DNA of 64,000 nucleotides from Clostridia bacterium (GTDB lineage: Bacteria > Bacillota > Clostridia > Oscillospirales > QAKW01), in NCBI GenBank assembly GCA_017560905.1, contig JAFZEA010000002.1, positions 19,497-83,496 of the forward strand, given 5' to 3'. This document shows positions 48,585 to 58,248 of this stretch, piece after piece. Both the position numbers and the translations under genes were made by a program. Under the pieces are notes generated by a model. The model worked only from the letters and a program-made list of their open reading frames with translations. It made no database searches and was not told the DNA's origin. How positions within the stretch are numbered: the first letter of the stretch is position 1; the number at the start of each line of letters is the position of its first letter.

Positions 48585-49760
48585 TTACATTTCTATAAAG
48601 TCTTTAAGTTTCTTGGATCGTGAGGGATGGCGAAGTTTGCGCAGTGCCTTGCTCTCAATCTGACGGATACGCTCACGAGTAACATTGAATTCCTTACCCA
48701 CTTCCTCCAGTGTACGCTGTCTGCCATCGACAAGTCCGAAACGAAGCTCCAGCACCTTGGCCTCTCTTTCGTGGAGTGTACTGAGCACTTCCCGGAGTTG
48801 TTCCTTAAGCATAATGTGCGCGGTGGCTTCCACGGGAGCGGGGATATCCTCATCAGGAATAAAGTCGCCCAGATGGCTGTCCTCCTCTTCGCCGATCGGC
48901 GTTTCAAGAGATACGGGGTCGAGTGCGATCTTCATAATCTCTCTGACCTTATCTTCGGGATAGCCCATTTCTTTGGCGATTTCTTCACTGGTGGGATCAC
49001 GACCCAGCTCCTGCACCAACTGTCGGGACACACGCATTACACGGTTAATGGTTTCCACCATATGCACGGGAATACGGATGGTTCTGGCCTGATCGGCAAT
49101 GGCACGGGTGATGGCCTGACGAATCCACCAAGTGGCGTAGGTAGAAAACTTATATCCCTTTTCGTAGTCAAACTTCTCAACTGCCTTGATCAGACCCAGA
49201 TTGCCCTCCTGAATGAGATCAAGGAACTGCATTCCGCGACCCACATAACGCTTGGCAATGGATACCACCAGACGAAGGTTGGCCTCGGCCAGACGACTTT
49301 TGGCGCGCTTGCCCGCATTGATTTTCTTTTGAAGGAACGCCTTTTCTTCCTCGTCCTCGGCTTCGGCAATCATTTCCTCTGCCTTGGCGCCCTCCATCAT
49401 CTTTTTGGCAAGCTCGATCTCTTCATCTCCCGAAAGCAACTGTACTTTACCGATTTCTTTAAGGTAGACCTTTACGGGATCGTCTACTACGCCGTAGTCT
49501 GCTACAATGTCTGCCACTGCGCCGTCATCATCGGGAGAGGCATCGATTTCGTCAACGTTCAGCGATGCAAGATCCTCCAAAGTATCGTCAACGATCTCAA
49601 CACCTGCTTCTTCCAGAGCATCGTAAAAAGGCTCCATCTCTTCAGGTTCCAGAGTTACGTCATCCAGAGCCTGCAAAATTTCCTTGTTGGACAAAGAACC
49701 CTTCTGTTTACCGGTTTCAAGCAGATCCCGGAGTACCTTCCTTTCAATAACTGCTGCCAT
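48585..49760 (-). CDS. rpoD: RNA polymerase primary sigma factor
   Basis: 391 aa, regions 1.2-4.2 ([12 protein letters not shown], region 4 HTH). Confidence 0.97.
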   Translation of the reverse strand: MAAVIERKVLRDLLETGKQKGSLSNKEILQALDDVTLEPEEMEPFYDALEEAGVEIVDDTLEDLASLNVDEIDASPDDDGAVADIVADYGVVDDPVKVYLKEIGKVQLLSGDEEIELAKKMMEGAKAEEMIAEAEDEEEKAFLQKKINAGKRAKSRLAEANLRLVVSIAKRYVGRGMQFLDLIQEGNLGLIKAVEKFDYEKGYKFSTYATWWIRQAITRAIADQARTIRIPVHMVETINRVMRVSRQLVQELGRDPTSEEIAKEMGYPEDKVREIMKIALDPVSLETPIGEEEDSHLGDFIPDEDIPAPVEATAHIMLKEQLREVLSTLHEREAKVLELRFGLVDGRQRTLEEVGKEFNVTRERIRQIESKALRKLRHPSRSKKLKDFIEM

Positions 49761-49766
49761 AATTTT

Positions 49767-51503
49767 CTAACTCCTTTTTGATTTCAGCATATTTTTGATT
49801 TGCTCGGGGCTTTGGCCGCCGATCTTTTTTTCTTGTTCTTCCTTGAGGGTGCGGATGTAATCCCCCATTTGTTTTATAACGTCCTCGCCCACCGTAACGG
49901 TGTTGAGTATCTGCATGATTTTTGCAACCTCTGCACCCTCAAAGTGTACACTCAGAACGTTCTCCGGAGAAACGCCTTCTCCGATTTTTTGTATAAAGAA
50001 TTCATAAACCCTGCGGTTAAACTTCGTAACAAATTCCTGCGGCGGCAACTGTTCTGTCAGCCAAGCCACCTTATCCGGTGAGTGCGCCAGCAGCGCGATC
50101 AATCCCTCTTCCGCTTTAGCGGCGCGCAGATTCTGTGCCCGTTCCGGGTTGACGCGATCCTGTGTCTTAAATCCGGACGCTTCTTTTTGAAAGATCTGCT
50201 CTTTGGTCTGGCGGACGTAGCGCTTACGCGCCCTCTCCACCTCCATGCGGATGGTCTCCTTGGAAATATCCGTTTGCTTGGCGAGTGTACCGCAGAACAG
50301 TTCTCGCTCGATATCCGAGGAGATCTGCGCCAACAGCCGCACCGCTTGCCGCACGTATTCGGTCCGTCCCGCCACCTCACCCAGATCATGCTCTTTACTG
50401 AGTTTTTCCAGAGCATACTGCGTGGGATTTTTAGAGCCGGAGATCAGCATAGCAAATCGCTCTTTCCCGTACTGTTTTATAAACTCATCGGGATCCTTGG
50501 CGCCCTGCATTTGCAAGATGCGTACCGACACACCCAACTCTTCCAGATAGTCTATGGCTTTGTCCGTCGCCTTGATTCCCGCTTTGTCCATATCAAAGGC
50601 CACCACCACTTTGGCGGCGTATTTTGCAAGCATTCTTGCCTGCTCCTTGGTAAACGCAGTACCCAGCGGTGCCACCGCACCGTCAAATCCCGCCTGATGA
50701 AGACTGACCACGTCCAGATTGCCCTCTACCAAAATGATGGTACCGTCGGTATTGGCTTTGGCAAAATTGAGGCCGAAGACCGTCTGGCTTTTTTTATAAA
50801 GCAGTGTTTCGGGAGAATTCATATATTTCGGTTTGCTGTCGTCCAGCACACGTCCCGAAAATGCCACTACATTGCCGCGCACGTCAATAACGGGAAACAT
50901 CACGCGGTTACGAAATTTATCATAGTATTTTCCGTTTTTTTGCGAACGGATCAAAAGACCCGCCTCGAAAGCCTCCTCATCTTTAAACCCTGCGGCACGC
51001 AGATGGTCTCTGAGATCGGTAAAGCTTTCCGCGGCATACCCCAGTCCAAAACGGGTAATGGTGGACATACTCAAGCCACGACCGAGAAAATACTGCAGTC
51101 CCTGCGGCTGTTTTTCGTCCCTGAGATTGGCAAAAAAGCGGCGCGCCGCCAGCTTGTTCATTTCGATTTGTCGGGCACGTTTGCGGGTCTGCTCGTCCCC
51201 TTTTTCGTCCTCAGGCAATGGCAAATGACATCTTTGCGCCAGAAGTGCCACTGCATCCACATAACTGAGATGTTCCGTGTTCATAATAAAGGTGATGACG
51301 TCACCGCCTGCACCACAACCGAAACAATAGTAGGACGAAGTATCGGGAAAGACGGTAAAAGAGCCCGTCTTTTCACTGTGAAAAGGACACAGACCGTTGA
51401 GGCGACTGCCCGCCCGTTTGAGAGAAACATACTGAGATATGGTATCCACAATATCACTTCTTGCCTTCAGCTCGGTGATAAATTGATCGTCAAATTTGGG
51501 CAT
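49767..51503 (-). CDS. dnaG: DNA primase
   Basis: Start MPKFDDQF behind GGGAGGG. Zinc finger CPFHSEKTGSF, TOPRIM EGNLDV. Confidence 0.95.
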   Translation of the reverse strand: MPKFDDQFITELKARSDIVDTISQYVSLKRAGSRLNGLCPFHSEKTGSFTVFPDTSSYYCFGCGAGGDVITFIMNTEHLSYVDAVALLAQRCHLPLPEDEKGDEQTRKRARQIEMNKLAARRFFANLRDEKQPQGLQYFLGRGLSMSTITRFGLGYAAESFTDLRDHLRAAGFKDEEAFEAGLLIRSQKNGKYYDKFRNRVMFPVIDVRGNVVAFSGRVLDDSKPKYMNSPETLLYKKSQTVFGLNFAKANTDGTIILVEGNLDVVSLHQAGFDGAVAPLGTAFTKEQARMLAKYAAKVVVAFDMDKAGIKATDKAIDYLEELGVSVRILQMQGAKDPDEFIKQYGKERFAMLISGSKNPTQYALEKLSKEHDLGEVAGRTEYVRQAVRLLAQISSDIERELFCGTLAKQTDISKETIRMEVERARKRYVRQTKEQIFQKEASGFKTQDRVNPERAQNLRAAKAEEGLIALLAHSPDKVAWLTEQLPPQEFVTKFNRRVYEFFIQKIGEGVSPENVLSVHFEGAEVAKIMQILNTVTVGEDVIKQMGDYIRTLKEEQEKKIGGQSPEQIKNMLKSKRS

Positions 51504-51507
51504 AGCG

Positions 51508-52497
51508 TTATCCCTCCCAACTCTTGGGGATGAAGAGCTGCTTGTACAGCCCGACGCTGTATACGTCACTCATACCGGCTATATAGTCGCACACAGCTCT
51601 CTCTTTACCCTCTGTCTGCAAAATTTCTGCATATTCTTCGGGTATTTTATCGGTATGCTCCATAAAATAATGAAACAGCCCTGCGATCATCAGCTGTGCT
51701 TTGGTTTCCTCTTTCTTGGCACGGGAGCCGAAATACACCTTATCAAATAAAAAGGTGCGAAGTTCGTTCATTGCCTCCAGTACAACGGGATCCATCACAA
51801 TATCATTTTTCCCCGTACTGGCGGAAAGAATACCGATGATCATTGTATTGATGCGCTGAGAAGGATTATTTCCAAGTATTTTCGAGGTGGAGGGCGGCAG
51901 GTCTTCCAGTCGGATAATGCCGCCGCGAATGGCATCGTCAATATCGTGATTGACGTAGGCAATCCTGTCGGCAATGCGCACGATGCGCCCCTCCAATGTT
52001 TCGGACAGACCATCGCCCGTGTGGTGCCGTATACCGTCAAGAACCTCGTGGGTCAGATTGAGCTTTTCGATCTTTGCGCAAGTGCGCACACTTTGCTCGT
52101 TGTGAGAAAATTCAAAAGAGCATATCTGATTTAATATTCTCTCTCCCGCATGTCCGAACGGTGTGTGTCCCAGATCGTGTCCCAGCGCAATGGCTTCGGT
52201 AAGGTCTTCGTTGAGCTGTAAGGCGCGGGCCAGATCTCTTGAAATCTGGCTGACCTCCAACGTATGGATCAGTCTGGTACGATAGTGGTCGCCCTGCGGA
52301 CTGAGAAATACCTGTGTTTTATGCTTCAGACGGCGAAATGCCTTACTGTGTATAATTCTGTCACGATCTCTGCAAAAACAGGTTCGCATCGGACAAGGCT
52401 CAAGTGGCTCCGCCCGTCCCCGACTGTCCGCCGAACAAAAGGCATTGGGACCAAGGTGTTCTTTTTCCCAAAGTTCTCTGCGTTGTCTGTAAACCAC
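51508..52497 (-). CDS. dgt: dGTP triphosphohydrolase-like HD-domain protein
   Basis: GTG start 7 nt after AAAGGAGG. HD motif GHDLGHTPFGH. Confidence 0.85.
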   Translation of the reverse strand: MVYRQRRELWEKEHLGPNAFCSADSRGRAEPLEPCPMRTCFCRDRDRIIHSKAFRRLKHKTQVFLSPQGDHYRTRLIHTLEVSQISRDLARALQLNEDLTEAIALGHDLGHTPFGHAGERILNQICSFEFSHNEQSVRTCAKIEKLNLTHEVLDGIRHHTGDGLSETLEGRIVRIADRIAYVNHDIDDAIRGGIIRLEDLPPSTSKILGNNPSQRINTMIIGILSASTGKNDIVMDPVVLEAMNELRTFLFDKVYFGSRAKKEETKAQLMIAGLFHYFMEHTDKIPEEYAEILQTEGKERAVCDYIAGMSDVYSVGLYKQLFIPKSWEG

Positions 52498-52600
52498 AAC
52501 TTCGCCTCCTTTGCAAAATATCTTATCATATAACTTATACACTGTATTTTGTAAAAATCCTTTGAAAAATGTATTTTTTTATTTTTTTCCACATTTTTGC

Positions 52601-52629
52601 TTGACAAACAACAATCCTATTGTTAAAAT
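52601..52629 (+). promoter_or_regulatory. sigma-A promoter of tRNA-Lys
   Basis: TTGACA, 17 nt, TAAAAT. Confidence 0.55.
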
Positions 52630-52657
52630 ATATAGGCGCGTGTTTATAACTGCATAT

Positions 52658-52733
52658 GACCCAGTAGCTCAGCTGGCAGAGCACATGACTTTTAATCATG
52701 GTGTCCGGAGTTCGATTCTCCGCTGGGTCACCA
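52658..52733 (+). tRNA. tRNA-Lys (anticodon UUU), CCA encoded
   Basis: Acceptor GACCCAG/CTGGGTC, anticodon loop CTTTTAA, T arm CGGAG-TTCGATT-CTCCG, 76 nt. Confidence 0.93.
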
Positions 52734-52737
52734 AATA

Positions 52738-52766
52738 AAAAAGACAACCAACGGTTGTCTTTTTTT
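52738..52766 (+). terminator. intrinsic terminator after tRNA-Lys
   Basis: aagacaacc / ggttgtctt followed by TTTTTT. Confidence 0.8.
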
Positions 52767-52886
52767 ATTTGCAGATTTTCGCCAAGAACTTCGGACACCT
52801 TGTCCATACATCGGCGGTTGCCCTGTAAGGGGCGAGCCGATGCGGACATCGGGTAGGAGCGTAGCGACCGCGAGCGTCAGCGGCGC

Positions 52887-52907
52887 GTCCGGAGTTCGAT
52901 TCTCCGC
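52887..52907 (+). repeat. 21-nt duplicate of the tRNA-Lys 3' part (T arm), att-like remnant
   Basis: gtccggagttcgattctccgc is identical to 52703..52723. No matching acceptor or 5' half is present. Confidence 0.85.
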
Positions 52908-52958
52908 ATGGAAATTAAAACCAAGTCAGCAAACAAGTGATACTGACCGTGCGTCCCA

Positions 52959-52987
52959 TTGACACACCTTTTTGTTTTTGCTATACT
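52959..52987 (+). promoter_or_regulatory. candidate sigma-A promoter
   Basis: TTGACA, 17 nt, TATACT. Confidence 0.5.
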
Positions 52988-53022
52988 TTTTACTATAATA
53001 AATTTCAAGGAGAAAACTTGAT

Positions 53023-55086
53023 ATGAATAAAAAAACAACTGTACTTCTGGGCGTGTTTACCGTCTGCTTTGCGGTGGTGCTGACGGTGGCCTTTTGCCTG
53101 CCGGAAATTTTGTTTGCAAATTTTAAGGCAACTCTGACAGATGCAGACGCTCTGGACAAAGCGCTGCCAAATCTTGCCTACAGCCTTGATCATACGGCTT
53201 TTGCGCAGTATCAACAGCTTGAACAGACCGACGTCAAAGACGAGCTGTTTGCCGCTGTAAAGGACAGTAAAAACGCCGCCGCTTTCTCGGAAAAGTTTAC
53301 TCAGATCATAAGTGATGCCTATTGGCAAGGATACGATTATCATATTTCCGTCCAAACCAATCTGGGCGGCAGACGGGGTACTCTTCGGGTGAACGGAGAG
53401 AACATTCCCGAAACTGCCTTTGCCATTTTGAATTACGGTGATCACACCGAAACGGTTACCGTAAGAAACGGTACGGGATATTATAACATTTACGGCAAGG
53501 ATGCTAAAGAGATTACCTATTATCTGGCGCAAGATAAAGCAGGTAAAGCCGCTCTGACCGCAGTCAACACCGTGACAGTCAATGAACTGTACTTGCCGCA
53601 GATCGCAATAACGGAGCTGTCTAACGAGCATACCACCACATATTATTCCGATATCGTCAACAGCAAAAAGCAGCACTCCGGTAAAACCGAGCAAAAGTTT
53701 CAGTACATAGAGCTTTATAACTATTCCGATACCGAGGTAGATCTGAAAGACTACACTTTTGTTTACTGCGACGATAAGGGGGAACATTCCTTTGAATGGA
53801 TCACCGAAAAGAATGGTTCATTGATCATCCGCCCCCAAGAGGTATACGTCATCGGTGTCTATGCCGCCGACAGCGCCATTGCCGGCTATCACTATGACAC
53901 CGACTCGCAGCTCAGCGAATATTGGCAAGCTTTTAACGCTTTTTACAATACCGATATTCCCGTCACCAACCGCACGCTTATTGCCTGCGTTGCCTCGGGT
54001 AAAGCAAGCACTCTGCTTGACGGCATCGACCATCTGGAGCGGAGCAAAAATGAAGACGTTACGGTAAGCGCCAAGCTTATCAAAGACGGCCGTACGCTTT
54101 GCTCGGTCTCCCTGCCCGATGATATGCCGTCCAATAGCTACGCATATCAGTTTTTGCCCGGCAGTACCGAGCAACAAGAACTTTTGTTTGTCACAGGTTG
54201 CTTCCCCGGCAAGCTGCTGACTGAGCAAAATCTTGAATTTTGTGAGAGCCCTGCCCCCGAAAACACCAATAAGATCAAGGCGGTTTCCTACAACATTTTG
54301 GCAACCGACGACAACCCCGGCAACGCTACGGTAGAGCAAAGAAGTCACCTGTTTTACCGATTTATCGAAGAGGAACAGCCCGATACCATAGGTCTGCAGG
54401 AAGTCAACTTCCGCTGGGTCGCTACCCTGCCCGAAAATATGGAGGCTCTTGGCTATGCGGAGGTACAGGGTATCTCCGGCAGCGGTCACACGTATACCAA
54501 CGTTTCCACCAGCAATCAGTGGGATCTGCTGAACCCCATTTACTACAAGACCAATACGTTTGAACTGCTCGACAGCGGTCACAGCTTTCTGACCTCCGAC
54601 GGCACAATGGACTCGGATCAATGGGACAGCGTTAATATGAAGCGCACGCTGACGTGGGTGGTGCTGAAGGATAAAACCGACGGCGAAGTTTACATTCACG
54701 TAAACACACACTTTGTTCTCTCCGGCAAGGTTGCCAGAGTGGAACAGGCACGACGGATGTATCAAACAGCCGCCGAGCTGCAAAAGAAATACGGCGGCAG
54801 TATCATCATCACGGGAGACCACAATATGGCCGAGGGCAGCGAGCCGTACCAGACCTATCTCAACGGCGGTGTTGCGGTCGATGCCAAATATCAGACCACT
54901 GACCATAACTCCATCGGCACCTATACCAATTTTGATACCCAATATAACGAAAAGTACTGTGTTCCCATTGACTTTTGCTTTGTCAGCCCCGATGTTACGG
55001 TAGACTCCTACAGAGTGTTTAACGGCAAATATCCTGACGGCACCATCAGCGACCACAGCGCTGTCATTGTAGAACTATACAGATAA
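53023..55086 (+). CDS. secreted lamin-tail-domain + endonuclease/exonuclease/phosphatase (EEP) family protein
   Basis: 687 aa. Signal anchor, LTD-like segment (FQYIELYNYSDTEVDLKDY), C-terminal EEP (SYNIL..., IGLQEV, SDHSAV). Confidence 0.75.
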   Translation: MNKKTTVLLGVFTVCFAVVLTVAFCLPEILFANFKATLTDADALDKALPNLAYSLDHTAFAQYQQLEQTDVKDELFAAVKDSKNAAAFSEKFTQIISDAYWQGYDYHISVQTNLGGRRGTLRVNGENIPETAFAILNYGDHTETVTVRNGTGYYNIYGKDAKEITYYLAQDKAGKAALTAVNTVTVNELYLPQIAITELSNEHTTTYYSDIVNSKKQHSGKTEQKFQYIELYNYSDTEVDLKDYTFVYCDDKGEHSFEWITEKNGSLIIRPQEVYVIGVYAADSAIAGYHYDTDSQLSEYWQAFNAFYNTDIPVTNRTLIACVASGKASTLLDGIDHLERSKNEDVTVSAKLIKDGRTLCSVSLPDDMPSNSYAYQFLPGSTEQQELLFVTGCFPGKLLTEQNLEFCESPAPENTNKIKAVSYNILATDDNPGNATVEQRSHLFYRFIEEEQPDTIGLQEVNFRWVATLPENMEALGYAEVQGISGSGHTYTNVSTSNQWDLLNPIYYKTNTFELLDSGHSFLTSDGTMDSDQWDSVNMKRTLTWVVLKDKTDGEVYIHVNTHFVLSGKVARVEQARRMYQTAAELQKKYGGSIIITGDHNMAEGSEPYQTYLNGGVAVDAKYQTTDHNSIGTYTNFDTQYNEKYCVPIDFCFVSPDVTVDSYRVFNGKYPDGTISDHSAVIVELYR

Positions 55087-55133
55087 ACAAAAATGCGTGG
55101 ATCACTCCACGCATTTTTGTTTATCTGTATAGT
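55074..55133. terminator. 28-bp perfect inverted repeat (4-nt loop) acting as bidirectional terminator and containing both convergent stop codons
   Basis: actatacagataaacaaaaatgcgtgga-tcac-tccacgcatttttgtttatctgtatagt. Confidence 0.85.
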
Positions 55134-55936
55134 GTTTCTCCCGCCTTGATACAGAAGGTTTCGCCCTTTTCATAGGCCCACAGATCGATGGCGGTGGGAT
55201 TATGAATGATCTTTTTATCGGTGCTTACCTCAAGTTGCTCATAGGCTTTGACATAATCATAGATCTCTATGTTGGTAGCATACCAGATCTCTTCGTGTCC
55301 GCCCATTCTCTCAGCGAAGCGCTCGATAACATCCCAGTTGTCCTTGTCGTCAAATTCATAACTGTGTCCCCAAAGGTAAAAGAGCTTGATATTACCGATT
55401 TTACAGGGCTCCATAAATTTGTCACAAAGCTCCCAAAGTTTTTCATCCCGATGGTGGCAGGTGGGACCCAGCGCCAACCAGTTGGTGGGCAACTTAAAAG
55501 AATGGGTAGCTTTGACAATACGGGAATACGCAATACCGCACTTAGACAATACCTCTATGACCTCGTCGCTGTATGTACCAAAGGGATATGCCATTCCTCG
55601 AACAATGGTACCAAAGGTCTTTTCAAGATAAGCTCTGTCCTCCATAACCTCGGTGATGATCTCCGGTGTTTTTAACTTTTCAAGACGATAGTGGGATACA
55701 GTGTGCACCGCCACCTCATGACCGGAATCGGTATACAGTTCTTTGGCTTCCGAAGCTTTAAGTTTTCCGTAAAATCGTTCCCTCACGGTGTCCTCGGGAA
55801 TAAAGCAACCCGAATTGAGATTAAAAGTACACTTAAGTCCGTATTGATCCAAAATTTTCATCAGACGGATGTCCTGTACCACACCGTCATCGTAGCTGAG
55901 CGTGAGCGCTCTGTCCCTGCCGCCTTTAAATTTCAT
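55121..55936 (-). CDS. polysaccharide deacetylase (CE4) family protein
   Basis: LTLSYDDG, HTVSH motifs. Confidence 0.85.
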   Translation of the reverse strand: MKFKGGRDRALTLSYDDGVVQDIRLMKILDQYGLKCTFNLNSGCFIPEDTVRERFYGKLKASEAKELYTDSGHEVAVHTVSHYRLEKLKTPEIITEVMEDRAYLEKTFGTIVRGMAYPFGTYSDEVIEVLSKCGIAYSRIVKATHSFKLPTNWLALGPTCHHRDEKLWELCDKFMEPCKIGNIKLFYLWGHSYEFDDKDNWDVIERFAERMGGHEEIWYATNIEIYDYVKAYEQLEVSTDKKIIHNPTAIDLWAYEKGETFCIKAGETLYR

Positions 55937-56005
55937 ATACATAAAAAATCCCCCCTTTCATTACATTTTCAGTTTGCCACAAATACACTTCTTTGTCAAT
56001 CGATA

Positions 56006-56035
56006 TTGACATCACACTTAAAAAAATCGTATAAT
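56006..56035 (+). promoter_or_regulatory. candidate promoter overlapped by an operator-like palindrome
   Basis: TTGACA, 18 nt, TATAAT. The palindrome tgtcaat-cgat-attgaca (55994..56011) covers the -35 box. Confidence 0.4.
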
Positions 56036-56198
56036 AAATAAAGTTACATATTGATGAGGAAAAGGAAATGTTAAAATTTTTTTGAATATAAATTTCTACA
56101 GGAATCAAATTGTTTTAATCCCGTCATTTCTTTCTCTTTGAAAACATTACCGAAGAAAATATCTCTGGTACCGTCGTATGCAGAGGAAAGGATACTTT

Positions 56199-56600
56199 AT
56201 GAAAAAAAATTTGAAAAGCATAATCGCTCTGGCGGTCTGTATTGTAGCCTTGCTGTGGCTCATTCTCACGGTATTTGTACAAACGACCGTGTCGGAAATT
56301 GTTTCTTTTGAACTTGTCGAAAGCAAGACTGTCGAAGACATTTATAAGATCACATACGCTTATCAGCGGGACGGACAGACACTGCAGGGCTCTTACAAAA
56401 CCGCCTACAATAAGGAAAATATTCCTCTGGTGGGTGAACAAGGTGTGTGCCATTATCTCAAGTTTCCACCCTACAGTGTCTCAAACGGAGATGCTCCTAC
56501 TCCCGTGACACCACTGGTTTTGTTGGCCATCGGTGCAATCATTTACGTAGGTAAACTCCCCAAATTTTTAAAGAAAAAGGAGAAAAGCAATGAATCCTAA
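56199..56600 (+). CDS. DUF3592-like membrane protein
   Basis: 133 aa with N- and C-terminal TM helices flanking a small beta domain. Confidence 0.5.
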   Translation: MKKNLKSIIALAVCIVALLWLILTVFVQTTVSEIVSFELVESKTVEDIYKITYAYQRDGQTLQGSYKTAYNKENIPLVGEQGVCHYLKFPPYSVSNGDAPTPVTPLVLLAIGAIIYVGKLPKFLKKKEKSNES

Positions 56601-58092
56601 CCGCAGCAGCGGCGTACTGCTTCCCATATTTTCTCTGCCCGGCGACTTTGGCTGCGGTGATTTCGGCAAAGGCGCCTATGCCTTTATTGATCTGCTTAAA
56701 GCGTGTGGCTTTCATTATTGGCAGGTGTTGCCCTTTACCCGTACCGACGATTGCAACTCCCCCTATAAAAGTGATTCTGCTTTTGCAGGCAACTGCAATT
56801 TTATCGATCTCTACGACTTGCAGAAGATGGGTCTTTTGCAGGACATTGAAATCAAGGCACAGCTTGGCACCCCTGACTGGCGTGTTAGCTACGATTGGCT
56901 GAACAAAACCCGTAAACCTTTACTTCAAAAAGCATTTTCCAGAGCAGATGCCGCACTGAAAGCCGACATTGCCGCCTTTGCGCAAACGCAGGACTGGCTG
57001 AGCGACTACGCTCTTTATATGGTGCTCAAAGACAAGTTTGACTGTGAATGGATGCACTGGGAGGACAAGGCGCTGCGGGACTATGAGCCGCAAGCGATTA
57101 AGACCGCCTGTGAAACCTACCAAGCGCAAATGGAATACTACTTTTTTGAGCAGTATATCTTTAGCCGTCAATGGGAAAAAGTCAAAGCATACGCACACCA
57201 AAATGAAGTGTATATCATCGGCGATATGCCCATCTATGTTTCTTTTGAAAGTGCTGATTGTTGGAGCAAACGTTCTTTATTTGATCTGGACGAGAAGGGT
57301 TCCCCTGCGAGCGTGGCAGGTGTGCCGCCCGACTATTTCAGCAAGACGGGTCAAAAATGGGGCAACCCGCTGTACAACTGGTCGGAAATGAGAAAAGACA
57401 GCTATCAGTGGTGGAAGCAACGCCTTCATCACACACTGAAAATGGTGGACAAAGTGCGCATTGACCATTTTCGCGCCTTCAGCGCCTACTGGGCAGTGCC
57501 TGCCGAAGCGGAGTTTGCCACAGAGGGCAAATGGGTCGACGGTGAAGGAATGAAATTCTTTGATGAAATATTCAAAACCGTTTCCAAGGAAGCCATCATT
57601 GCAGAAGATTTAGGAATTCAGGATGCGGCGCTGACCACTCTGCTGAAAGACAGTGCCTTACCCGGTATGCGTGTTTTGCAATTTGGATTTCTAAACTACG
57701 ATGACGATATGCACCTGCCTCACAACTATCCGCACAATATGGTCTGCTATACGGGCACCCACGACAACAAGCCGCTGTTGGCCTATTTGTGGGAGTTGAC
57801 ACCGGAGCAACGTGCCTACTGTCTGCGCTACTGCGGGTTTCAAGGGGAAGACTGGAAGAGCGGCGGCGCATACAACAAAGCCATTCGTGCTATCCTCAAA
57901 ACGCTTTGGAAGAGTCACTCTATGCTGGTGATATCTCCCATTCAGGATCTGCTGGGATATGGCGGCGACACTACCATGAATCAGCCCGGTACATCAAAGG
58001 GCAACTGGTCCTTCCGCATGACACCGGAGGCTATTCACGCCATAGACATTACATATTTAAAAAATCTCAACGACCTTTACAAAAGATCGTAG
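56590..58092 (+). CDS. malQ: 4-alpha-glucanotransferase (amylomaltase)
   Basis: 500 aa, GVLLPIFSLPG, RIDHFRAF, GTHDN motifs. Confidence 0.95.
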   Translation: MNPNRSSGVLLPIFSLPGDFGCGDFGKGAYAFIDLLKACGFHYWQVLPFTRTDDCNSPYKSDSAFAGNCNFIDLYDLQKMGLLQDIEIKAQLGTPDWRVSYDWLNKTRKPLLQKAFSRADAALKADIAAFAQTQDWLSDYALYMVLKDKFDCEWMHWEDKALRDYEPQAIKTACETYQAQMEYYFFEQYIFSRQWEKVKAYAHQNEVYIIGDMPIYVSFESADCWSKRSLFDLDEKGSPASVAGVPPDYFSKTGQKWGNPLYNWSEMRKDSYQWWKQRLHHTLKMVDKVRIDHFRAFSAYWAVPAEAEFATEGKWVDGEGMKFFDEIFKTVSKEAIIAEDLGIQDAALTTLLKDSALPGMRVLQFGFLNYDDDMHLPHNYPHNMVCYTGTHDNKPLLAYLWELTPEQRAYCLRYCGFQGEDWKSGGAYNKAIRAILKTLWKSHSMLVISPIQDLLGYGGDTTMNQPGTSKGNWSFRMTPEAIHAIDITYLKNLNDLYKRS

Positions 58093-58150
58093 TTTGGGAC
58101 TGTAAAAACAGTCCTGAACACAAAAGGCAAGGACAACCAAACAGAAAAGA

Positions 58151-58194
58151 AAAATACCATATTTCGCTCGAAATATTGGTATTTTTCTTTTTTT
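58151..58194 (+). terminator. AT-rich hairpin, second copy of the 5601 hairpin
   Basis: aaaataccatatttcg-ctc-gaaatattggtatttt followed by TCTTTTTTT. Confidence 0.5.
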
Positions 58195-58248
58195 AATATG
58201 CCTGCCGGATACAAACATCTGTTCCTATTCCCCTTTTTATTGTCAAAA

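Noticed and set aside
52790-52915. A second tRNA, or a long-arm or tRNA-like gene, ending in the duplicated T arm.
   Set aside because: There is no acceptor 5' strand complementary to catggaa, and no D arm or anticodon arm at plausible distances. Only the 21-nt T-arm segment is tRNA-derived.
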